Of a stretch of 64,000 bases of DNA, positions 10,491 to 20,300 are shown one piece after another; positions within the stretch are counted from its first letter, which is position 1, and each line of letters opens with the position of its first letter. The DNA is from Eledone cirrhosa (Eukaryota), in NCBI GenBank assembly GCA_964016885.1, contig OZ024756.1, positions 1,426,001-1,490,000 on the forward strand. Reading direction: 5' to 3'. The translations under genes and the position numbers were made by a program. Below the pieces are notes generated by a model that saw only the letters and a list, made by a program, of their open reading frames with translations, was not told where the DNA came from and searched no databases.

Positions 10491-12382
10491 TTATAAATCC
10501 TCCTGGAGAGTGCTTGTCGGAAGTCTCCGATGTCTTTGGGGAATTTTTGTTTTAGTGTCATGTACGTTTTCTGCGAGTGATTTGTATGTGTGGAGGTGGT
10601 GTGAATTTTGGGGTTGTTGTGTAGTCTTTTTCTGTGATGCTGGTGTTGTGTTGGATGTAGTGTAATAATTGCTTGTGTTCAAATTTAATGCTGTGTAGTG
10701 TGTATCGTTTTGGTTGTTTTGTTTTGTTTGCGTTTGTTGTGGGTTTGTTTCTGTTTCGCATTTTGGTGACTTTTGTGGTGTAGGTGATGGTGGTGTTGGG
10801 GTTAATGATGGTGATGGTGTTGGTGTTTGGGTTGATGGGGTTGGTGATGCTGGTGTGGATGGTGGCATATCTGTCCTAACTTTTTTGTTTCTTAATTTAT
10901 TTGTTTCCCTCTGTATTTTGTTTTTGGAGGGGGAAGGAAGAGAATTTTTTCTTTTTTGGTTTCTTTTTTTTTTTCCGGATATCGTTTCCCACTCCTCGTC
11001 GTCACAATCTGTCTCCAGTTGTGATAGGCCGGGGAGTGGAAAATCCTCCACAGCCGTTAGTTTTGGTTGTGGCGTGGTGGATGGTGTAGGCGCTGGTGCT
11101 AGTTCTGAAGCGTTGGGTGGTGGTGGTGTTGGTTTTGCTGGTGGTGGTGGTGGTGGTGTTGGTTTTGCTACTGTTGCTGGGGTTGTTGCTGTTATAGTTG
11201 CTTCTGTTGTTGCTGCCATCTCTGCTACTGGTGGTGTTGATGGTTGTGTCACTGGGGTGGGTAGGAGAGGTGGCCTCAACCTTTTAGCCTGAGGGCAGAA
11301 AGCCCTTAGGTGGGTTCCTTCACCACAAACGACACACCTAGGTCTTCTGCCCTCGACAATTACCGTGAGGTGGCTGCCGTCAGTGAGGTCTATTACCTCT
11401 GGGATCTCCTCAATGCTTTTTTGGTCCGCTTGGATCAGGAGCTCCATCCCAGATCCGGACCAGTTCTCCTGCTTTTCTTTTGCTATTGCTATTATTTTCG
11501 TGTTGGCTTCGATGCCGGCGAGGACAGCCGCTATTAGCCAGGGAATTTCGATGGCCGGTGGAACGTGGGTCACCCTGATCTTTACGAGTCTCTGGCCACA
11601 ATAGCTTGGGACGAGTGTGAAGTCGTCACTTCTTAATGGGGCCATGGAGTGTTCTCTAGCCTCCTCTGGTGTTTCAAAGAACACGTCCACGGTTCCATAC
11701 TTTTGCCCACGTCTGATGTGGGTTTTTCTTGCCCACACATGTCCCAAAGCTTTTTGGATTTGGGACTCGGATGCCCGTTCCACTCGGCGCGATTTTACAT
11801 TTATTGTTCTATACGACACGGTGCATAGGCGCCGATGCTTCATTTTATTAGGTGGGGGGGGGGGCTGACCCTGTACCCATCTTTCTTTACCATTTGTTTG
11901 GCATTTTCTAAATCCTCCTGAGTTACCGTAAATGCTTCGAACTGTTTTGCTACTCTGGCGAAACTGAGGGGGGGGGGGGTTATAATGTCATTGTTGTTGT
12001 TGTTGCTATCGTTAATATTAATTTTAGTTTCAGTTGTGGTGGTGGTGACGTCAGTCGTCTTTGGTGGGGAAGAGTCCATTTTGCTTGATTTCATTTCGAC
12101 ATCACGAGTTAATTTATTTTTTTCTTCTTTTGTTTCTGTTGTCGCGGTGGTGGTGGTGGTGGTGGTTGTCGCGGTGGTGGTGGTGGTGGAGGCTTTAACA
12201 CCTGCAGTCATTGGTAATGGCGGGAAATGAATGTCTGCCTGAGACAAATTTAAAATATTGCTAGTGCTTATATTTTTTTTTGTGTTGGCAAAGGTAGTAA
12301 CATTTACAATGGTGGTGTCGGTGTGAGGTGTTAATTTGTGAGGAAGGCTTTCAGCTGCTTCGTGCAGAGGTGAATTAGCCAT
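10491..12382 (-). pseudogene. LINE ORF1 (gag-like nucleic-acid-binding protein, single CCHC zinc knuckle), one frameshift in a homopolymer
   Basis: ATG at 12382 (MANSPLHE). One extra base in the G11 run at 11854-11864 joins ORFs 11840..12433 and 10491..11843; the paralog at 14558..15028 reads through this point (KPPPNFFKDQQLRTVTYRT). CVVCGEGTHLRAFC; Pro/Thr-rich basic tail. Confidence 0.85.
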
Positions 12383-12588
12383 TTTTTTCAAAGAAATTTT
12401 TGATAATAATAAAAGTTTAAATTTTGGGCACAAGGCCCCAATCTTTTTGGGTGTCCTTTTCGGAAAACAATGTATGTGCGCTTATAAACAGTTAACAATA
12501 AAATTTTCCATAAATGACAATTTTTAACAAACGGAAATAACAAACCTTTGCGGAGCTCACGATGATACGATTTACTACGTAGGTCGCC

Positions 12589-12645
<57 letters not shown>
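12589..12645. repeat. (AAT)19 microsatellite between two retroelements
   Basis: Pure AAT run. Confidence 0.97.
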
Positions 12646-12646
<1 letters not shown>

Positions 12647-13177
12647 GCACCTGTGCAAAGTAAACAATTTACCACATTCTGAGAAATGGTATGAGCATAA
12701 GCCAGAGGCGGTGATGGAGAACGATCAGGTGAAGGTGCTGTGGGATTTTAGGATACAGACGGACAAGAAACTGGAACACAATAGACCTGACCTGGTGGTT
12801 GTGGACAAAGAAAAAAGATCGTGTCTGATTGTGGATGTGGCCTGCCCATTCGACACGAGAGTGCAAGAGAAGGAGAGGGAGAAAATTAACCGATACCAGG
12901 ACTTAAAGTGGGAGGTAAAAAGGATTTGGAACTGCCATGAAGTCAAAGTGATCCCGATTGTCATAGGCGCACTGGAGACTATCTCCAAACGTTTCCAGGG
13001 GTGGTTAAAGAAAATCGGCCCCTTCACGCTTTTTGGAACGCTTCAAAAGGCATGCTTGCTGGGAACAGCAAGAACCCTCCGATACGTCCTGAATATCTGA
13101 GGCTGCAGGTAGTGGCTTGATATTCATTTCAAAAAACTTTCCAGTTAACTAACATCAATGACTGAGACTCAAAGAAC
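12645..13177 (+). mobile_element. 5'-truncated R4/Dong-type non-LTR retrotransposon, restriction-like endonuclease (RLE) C-terminus
   Basis: Open frame WHLCK...WYEHKP...VLWDFRIQTD...NRPDLVVVD...IVDVACP...EKINRYQDL...IPIVIGAL...KACLLGTARTLR (PD..D-type RLE), stop at 13100; (AAT)n on both sides. Confidence 0.85.
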
Positions 13178-13201
13178 AATAATAATGATAATAATAATGA
13201 T

Positions 13202-15668
13202 GGTTTTTTTATTGGCCACAAGGGCTAACATGAAGAAAAACATTACAGACGGTACAGGACGATACAAAGTGGGTTTTGGCCGTGTAAAAAGGTTATAACA
13301 AGACAGAAACGTGTAAAAACAAATTTAAAAGAAAATTCAAACAGCAAGAATTCCCCAAAAAGGGGGAAGCTCCCGAAGGTCACTCGTGACGAAAACCACA
13401 CAAAAGACCACGGCCACGCTGACCACTAGAGCAAGCGCCCTCACTCAGACCAGACTCGCCACTTTCACCCACCTTTCAACAAACTTACTAGAAGACAGCA
13501 CTTGCCTCTCCACCCTGATTTTCCTCTTCAAGTGAAACTTGAAAATGTTAATTAGGGATTGGCCGGAGAGGAAAGTGCTGTTGAAATGCCGCACACATTT
13601 TCTCGGGTTCGAGCAATATGCGCCCGTTTTGATCAGGCAAAGACTGAATTGCCGACTTGTTGCCACGTCGCGCCTCTACCACCCGGGCCCATTGAACGGC
13701 CTTCGTCCCCTCGTGTTTAGAGCACGCACTCTAGCTCTGACAACGCATCCTTCATGCTTTGCGTTGAAGAATTGGTCGAGTGCCAATCTCGCTGCAAGCC
13801 TCGTCTAGCTTTCTAATTAGCTCTCCCTCTACTCTATTTTCCTCAATCCCTACTCCTTTGCTAAACCTTATCGATTCTACTCTAATAGCCCTTTTCAGGG
13901 TAAACCACCACCTGTTGTTGACGATCGCACCCGTCAACGCACGTTTAACTAATTCGCTAATCCGGCCTCTGTAAGCTTTACGCGCCGGGAACGACGAAGC
14001 TAAGTGGTTCTTTCGTTTTGGTTTTTTGTGGCAGACGTTTTGCCACTTCACTCCCGCCTCATACTCCATGTCGGATTGCGCGGCGTTAGGGAGGGGTATG
14101 TGCTCCACGGCTATTGGTGGTGGTAGTATAGCACTCTCTGGCGATTCTGTCGCTGGTGCAGCTACTGCAAATGTAGCTACTGGCGTTGCCGCCACTGCTG
14201 CCGCTGTTTTAGTTGTCCGTGGCCTTGGAATGGGTGTCACGGACGTTGCCCTCATACTCACTGTGGAAGGGTCTTTTGCCTCTGTTGCCTGCCCTGCTCT
14301 TGGTAGCAGCGGATAAGGCGTCGGAAGAAGGCGGCGGGGGGGGGCTCTCTTCTTGGCTGTCTTCTGCAGGCAAAAGGCCCTGAAGTGACCCGTTTGCCCA
14401 CAGAGATAGCACTTTGGGCGCCTTCCTTCCACACTTATATGGAGTTGGAGTCATTCCTCGAGGTCATTGATATCTGGGATAACCTCGATATACACCTGTT
14501 CAGTTTTTATTAGCATTTGCATGCCTATACCTGACCAGTTCTCTCTTCCCATTCTCTCTATTTGCAGTATGGTGGTCCTGTCCTCGATTCCAGCAAGGAC
14601 AGACGCGGCCAGCCAAGGTATAGGCATGTCGGGTGGACCTGGGTCACTTTGACCCTCACAATTTTCTGTCCGCAGTAGAAGGGCACCAATACTATCTCCT
14701 CACTCTTTAGGGTTTCCAAAGAGTGAGACTTCGCCTCTTGGTGGGTGGCGAAAAGTACGTCTACTGTGGCATACATTTTGCTTCGGGTGATGTGGGCTTT
14801 GCGCGCCCAGACGCGCCCCAAGGCCTTTTGGATTTGAGCCTCCGTGGCTCTCTCCACCCGATGTGACATTTTGCTTACGGTGCGGTAAGTCACCGTGCGT
14901 AGCTGCTGGTCCTTGAAAAAATTGGGCGGAGGTTTCAGGGAAACTTTATTGTCATTTCTTGTCACTATGGCCCTTGCGACTGCCATCTCCTCCTCCGTGA
15001 CTAGCACTGTTTCTATATTTCGGGCCACACCTGCGAAAGAAGTGGCCCCTTTTTCCGCGGCACCATTATTGCTGCCGCTACTGCTGCTACTGGTCTTGTT
15101 GTTGGAGTTGTTGCTGTTGCTACTGCTACAAACGGTGTTGTTGGTGTTGTTGCTGTTATCACTGTTGTTGTTGTTCTCGGTGAAATTTGTATTGTTGCTG
15201 TTGGTGTTGTCGTTGTTTATTTTCTTGCTAGTGGTGTTAATATCGTTGTCTGTATTTTGGTTGTCGCTGTTACTGTTGTAGTTGGTGTGGTAATTCTTTT
15301 TAAATTAGTGTTCTCAGTGTTGTTGTCATTGCTGTCTTTGTTCATGTTGTTTGTGGTGGTGTTTGTTGTGTCACTTTCTGTGTTCGCCGTAACCCTCCTC
15401 TCAACTTTTACGCCGTTGTCACACGACAGCAGACATATCGCTGGGAGGGCTGGCTCAGCCATGATTTTTGATAATTTTTGAAAGTAAAATGTTCAAATAT
15501 TTGGGCCAAAAGGCCCAAATATAATACTTTCGCCTTCATAGGGCAAAGTCCAAGGGCGTACGTCCCTTACACAATAACAAAAATTTAACAATAAAATTTA
15601 ACAAATAATTTGTGACAGGTAAATAAAGCGACTTACTGGGAGCGAACAAAAAGACGTCCGATCAGACC
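13202..15668 (-). mobile_element. Internally deleted (non-autonomous) L1/Tx1-like element related to 6721-12588
   Basis: Homologous 5' UTR; frameshifted ORF1 from 15462 (QIQKALGRVWARK, CYLCGQTGHFRAFC); short ORF2 piece (ARKAYRGRISELVKRALTGAIVNN); ORF2 C-terminus (FKFHLKRKIRVER); 3' UTR. EN and RT are absent; (AAT)n on both sides. Confidence 0.88.
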
Positions 15669-15686
15669 AATAATAATAATAATAAT

Positions 15687-15871
15687 TGTTTCTACTTTAG
15701 GCACAAGGCCAGCAATTACCAAGTACATTACTGGTACTTTATTTTATCGACCCCGTAAGGATGAAAGGTAAAGTTAACCTCAACGGGATTTGAACTCAGA
15801 CCATAAAGGGACGTAACCATGCTAGAAAGCATGACGTCCAACCCTCTACCGATACTGCCAATCCACCGCCC
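15687..15871 (-). mobile_element. tRNA-derived SINE with (ATT)n tail
   Basis: Minus strand: A box TGGCAGTATCGG, B box GAGTTCAAATCC, central GGGGTCGATAAAATAAAGTACCAG (recalled as resembling Nin-domain/cephalopod SINEs), 3' end CCTTGTGCCTAAAGTAGAAACA-(ATT)6; (TAA)n also on the 5' side. Confidence 0.8.
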
Positions 15872-15939
15872 TAATAATAATAATAAGTGTTATAGCTTGC
15901 TTGAAGCATTGTATATAGTATATGTCATTGAAGAGATAT

Positions 15940-16350
15940 ATTTCTTTATTTGCCACAAGGGAGCACAAGAACAGGGGACAATAGAAAGACATATAGCGGA
16001 GATTTTACACACAGTCGTGTAAAAAAAGTTATAACAATCGAAATCCTCAATAAGGGGGAGACGTTACAAATGGGTTGTTTTATACCCCCGTAGATAGAAC
16101 AACCCTCAATTCCAGGACCATGTTGTGCAAGTGCTCCTTTATTCCTTTCACTCTCTTCTTCAACCTACAGGCTTATATATAAAGAAGGCCCAATCACTCG
16201 GGCCATTCTCGCCACATTCAACCACATTTTAGTGAATTTACTGATGTGTAGTACCTCTCTCTCTAGTCTGATCCTCCTTCTAAAGTGGTATCTAAAGAAG
16301 GGAATGAGTTGTTGTCCAGAGAGAAAGGCATCTATCCTCAGTCCTCTCAA
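15940..16350 (-). mobile_element. 3' end fragment of a third, more diverged L1/Tx1-like element
   Basis: FLSGQQLIPFFRYHFRRRIRLEREVL...ARMARVIGPSL is homologous to the ORF2 C-terminus at 6963-7150; the 3' UTR shares CCACAAGGG and CGTGTAAAAA. Confidence 0.8.
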
Positions 16351-16551
16351 AGAGATAGAAGGCTAAACAACGCAGAATGGACTGTAAGATGATAAGTTTA
16401 AGATATGAGAAAGTGTCCTCAAACATCCCTGTACACTAAGAAAAAGGCAAAAAGATAAGTTTAAGATATTAGAAAGTGTCCCGGTAACGAAAAGTAAAAG
16501 TTACCTGGTAATCTTTGTTTTATTTTATTGTTGTTGTTGTTGTTTTATTTG

Positions 16552-16588
16552 TGCAATATTTCGGGACCTAAAGATCCCTTCGTCGGGG
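16552..16588 (-). ncRNA. Degenerate hammerhead-like motif in the Penelope 3' pLTR
   Basis: Minus strand CCGACGA-A-GGGATC-TTTA-GGTCCC-GAAA-TA-TT; good stem II, but a T>C change in the core and a poor stem I. Confidence 0.45.
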
Positions 16589-17183
16589 TTTAAGGAACCT
16601 TCAGTGGATAACGTTCCAATTTCCTCTCTTTGGGATACAATTTTTATTTTGATTTAAATTTTTTCTCAGTCGTTTTCAAGCGTTTTTCGAAGGTTACTTT
16701 CAATTGCCAATATAGTATTTCGCGAAAGCAATTTTCTTTTTTTGTATGAGATGTTTAGTTTGTGTGCGCCTGTTTAGTTTATGTCAAGTACTGGGTGCTG
16801 TGTTCTAATCTATTATTTATTTGCGGGTTGAGTCTACGTATGAGCAAGTTGCCCACATTTCTATCACTGGCTTTAACGGTAACGGTAATATGTTGGTTGA
16901 CGTTTCTACATTTGTCAATGTGTTTTTTGAACTAGGATGCGCGTGTGTTGAGGTGTTCTTTAATGCGAGTGTAGAGTTCTCGTGTCGTGCTACTAATGTA
17001 GAACTCCTTACATTTGTTACATTCCATCCGGTATACCACATGTGTCCGCTGGTACATACCTGTATCGTGGATAGGGAAGTTAGTCAGCAAGCATTGATTG
17101 TTGTTGTCTCTGGATTGCTTTTTAGAAAGGTATCTACGCCGTGAAGGGCCGGAGTGTGCTAACTGTATGTCCAGTCCTTCTTT

Positions 17184-17267
17184 GCAGATAGATCTGCGGA
17201 TAGATCTGCGGGTAGCTCTGCGGGTAGCTCTGCGGGTAGCTCTGCGGGTAGCTCTGCGGATAGCTGT
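17184..17267. repeat. 12-bp tandem repeat x7 (GCGGGTAGCTCT) inside the Penelope ORF
   Basis: Four exact and three variant units; in frame, encoding (T/I)RR(A/S) repeats. Confidence 0.92.
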
Positions 17268-17381
17268 GGTTATGCTTTCGCTGAAATGTGGTAATTTCAT
17301 GAAGCAAGTGTTAGAGGAGGTCCCATGGCTGTGGCGCCTTCGATGCTTAAGTCAATTCATTGTGGATGTTGGGTATCCGTT

Positions 17382-20300
17382 TGTCTTCAGTTCATCTATG
17401 AAGTGTGCAGTGTCAGTGATCTGGTCCTCTGTCTTGCTGTCTTCAGTACATCTATGAAGTGTGCAGTGTCAGTGATCTAGTCCTCTGTCTTATTGTCTTC
17501 AGTACATCTATGAAGTGTGCAGTGTCAGTGATCTGGTCCTCTGTCTTGCTGTCTTCAGTTCATCTATGAAGTGTGCAGTGTCAGTGATCTGGTCTTCTGT
17601 GTTGCTGTCTTCAGTACATCTATGAAGTGTGCAGTGTCAGTGATCTGGTCCTCTGTCTTGCTGTCTTCGGTACATCTATGAAGTGTGCAGTGTCAGTGAT
17701 CTGGTCCTCTGTCTTGCTGTCTTCAGTTCATCTATGAAGTGTGCAGTGTCAGTGATCTGGTCCTCTGTCTTGCTGTCTTCAGTTCATCTATGAAGTGTGC
17801 AGTGTCAGTGATCTGGTCCTCTGTCTTGCTGTCTTCAGTTCATCTATGAAGTGTGCAGTGTCAGTGATCTGGTCTTCTGTGTTGCTGTCTTCAGTACATC
17901 TATGAAGTGTGCAGTGTCAGTGATCTGGTCCTCTGTCTTGCTGTCTTCAGTACATCTATGAAGTGTGCAGTGTCAGTGATCTGGTCCTCTGTCTTGCTGT
18001 CTTCAGTACATCTATGATGTGTGCAGTGTCAGTGATCTAGTCCTCTGTCTTGCTGTCTTCAGTACATCTATGAAGTGTGCAGTGTCAGTGATCTGGTCCT
18101 CTGTCTTGCTGTCTTCAGTTCATCTATGAAAAGTGCAGTGTCAGTGATCTGGTCCTCTGTCTTGCTGTCTTCAGTACATCTATGAAGTGTGCAGTGTCAG
18201 TGATCTGGTCCTCTGTCTTGCTGTCTTCAGTTCATCTATGAAATGTGCAGTGTCAGTGATCTGGTCCTCTGTCTTGCTGTCTTCAGTACATCTATGAAGT
18301 GTGCAGTGTCAGTGATCTAGTTCTCTGTCTTGCTGTCTTCAGTACATCTATGAAGTGTGCAGTGTCAGTGATCTGGTCCTCTGTCTTGCTGTCTTCAGTT
18401 CATCTATGAAATGTGCAGTGTCAGTGATCTGGTCCTCTGTCTTGCTGTCTTCAGTACATCTATGAAGTGTGCAGTGTCAGTGATCTAGTCCTCTGTCTTG
18501 CTGTCTTCAGTTCATCTATGAAGTGTGCAGTGTCAGTGATCTGGTCCTCTGTCTTGCTGTCTTCAGTTCATCTATGAAGTGTGCAGTGTCAGTGATCTGG
18601 TCCTCTGTCTTGCTGTCTTCAGTTCATCTATGAAGTGTGCAGTGTCAGTGATCTGGTCCTCTGTATTGCTGTCTTCAGTACATCTATGAAGTGTGCAGTG
18701 TCAGTGATCTGGTCCTCTGTCTTGCTGTCTTCAGTACATCTATGTAGTGTGCAGTGTCAGTGATCTGGTCCTCTGTCTTGCTGTCTTCAGTACATCTATG
18801 AAGTGTGCAGTGTCAGGGATCTGGTCCTCTGTCTTGCTGTCTTCAGTACATCTATGAAGTGTGCAGTGTCAGTAATCTGGTCCTCTGTCTTGCTGTCTTT
18901 AGTACATCTATGAAGTGTGCAGTGTCAGGGATCTGGTCCTCTGTCTTGCTGTCTTCAGTTCATCTATGAAGTGTGCAGTGTCAGTGATCTGGTCCTCTGT
19001 CTTGCTGTCTTCAGTTCATCTATGAAGTGTGCAGTGTCAGTGATCTGGTCCTCTTTCTTGCTGTCTTCAGTTCATCTATGAAGTGTGCAGTGTCAGTGAT
19101 CTGGTCCTCTGTCTTGCTGTCTTCAGTACATCTATTAAGTGTGCAGTGTCAGTGATCTGGTCCTCTGTCTTGCTGTCTTCAGTTCATCTATGAAGTATGC
19201 AGTGTCAGTGATCTCGTCCTCTGTCTTGCTGTCTTCAGTACATCTATGAAGTGTGCAGTGTCAGAGATCTGGTCCTCTGTCTTGCTGTCTTCAGTTCATC
19301 TATGAAGTGTGCAGTGTCAGTGATCTGGTTCTCTGTCTTGCTGTCTTCAGTACATCTATGAAGTGTGCAGTGTCAGGGATCTGGTCCTCTGTCTTGCTGT
19401 CTTCAGTACATCTATGAAGTGTGCAGTGTCAGTGATCTGGTCCTCTGTCTTGCTGTCTTCAGTTCATCTATGAAGTGTGCTGTGTCAGTGGTCTGGTCCT
19501 CTGTCTTGCTGTCTTCAGTACATCTATGTAGTGTGCAGTGTCAGTGATCTGGTCCTCTGTCTTGCTGTCTTCAGTACATCTATGAAGTGTGCAGTGTCAG
19601 TGATCTGGTCCTCTGTCTTGCTGTCTTCAGTACATCGATGAAGTGTGCAGTGTCAGTGATCTGGTCCTCTGTCTTGCTGTCTTCAGTTCATCTATGAAGT
19701 GTGCAGTGTCAGTGATCTGGTCCTCTGTCTTGCTGTCTTCAGTACATCTATGAAGTGTGCAGTGTCAGGGATCTGGTCCTCTGTCTTGCTGTCTTCAGTA
19801 CATCTATGAAGTGTGCAGTGTCAGTCATCTGGTCCTCTGTCTTGCTGTCTTTTAGTACATCTATGAAGTGTGCAGTGTCAGTGATCTGGTCTTCTGTCTT
19901 GCTGTCTTCAGTACATCTATGAAGTGTGCAGTGTCAGTGATCTGGTACACGGTCTTGCTGTCTTCAGTTCATCTATGAAGTGTGCAGTGTCAGTGATCTG
20001 GTCCTCTGTCTTGCTGTCTTCATTACATCTATGAAGTGTGCAGTGTCAGGGATCTGGTCCTCTGTCTTGCTGTCTTCAGTACATCTATGAAGTGTGCAGT
20101 GTCAGTAATCTGGTCCTCTGTCTTGCTGTCTTCAGTACATCTATGAAGTGTGCAGTGTCAAAGATCTGGTCCTCTGTCTTGCTGTCTTCAGTTCATCTAT
20201 GAAGTGTGCAGTGTCAGTGATCTCGTCCTCTGTCTTGCTGTCTTCAGTTCATCCATGAAGTGTGCAGTGTCAGTGATCTGGTCCTCTGTCTTGCTGTCTT

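Larger units (their letters stand above)
6721..12588 (-). mobile_element. Full-length L1/Tx1-like non-LTR retrotransposon (~5.9 kb) flanked on both sides by (AAT)n
   Basis: 5' UTR, ORF1 with CCHC knuckle, ORF2 with APE-RT-CCHC, 3' UTR ending AATAAAGAAAAC-(ATT)n. (AAT)5 at 6706-6720 and (AAT)19 at 12589-12645. Confidence 0.92.
16530..17438 (-). mobile_element. Degenerate Penelope-like element, 3' part: RT-thumb NGYP, linker, GIY-YIG endonuclease, pLTR-like tail
   Basis: LKTNGYP (NGYP at 17370-17381), KLPHFSE, VVYRMECNKCKEFYISSTTRELYTRIKEHL (GIY-YIG), LNPQINNR near 16810, with stops and frameshifts. Downstream hammerhead-like motif and AATAAA at ~16543-16588. Outer boundary approximate. Confidence 0.82.

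Noticed and set aside
11854-11864. Programmed ribosomal frameshift in ORF1
   Set aside because: The paralogous copy reads through the equivalent position in one frame, so a homopolymer indel or sequencing error is simpler.
7290-12230. Plus-strand ORFs overlapping the LINE
   Set aside because: They are antisense shadows of ORF1/ORF2 with no recognisable domain.
17382-17440. Hammerhead ribozyme in the satellite monomer (CTGAAGA on the minus strand), as in newt or schistosome satellites
   Set aside because: No GAAA core follows a stem II and no stem I/III pairing is evident. The motif is explained as the Leu-Lys-Thr codons of the Penelope ORF.
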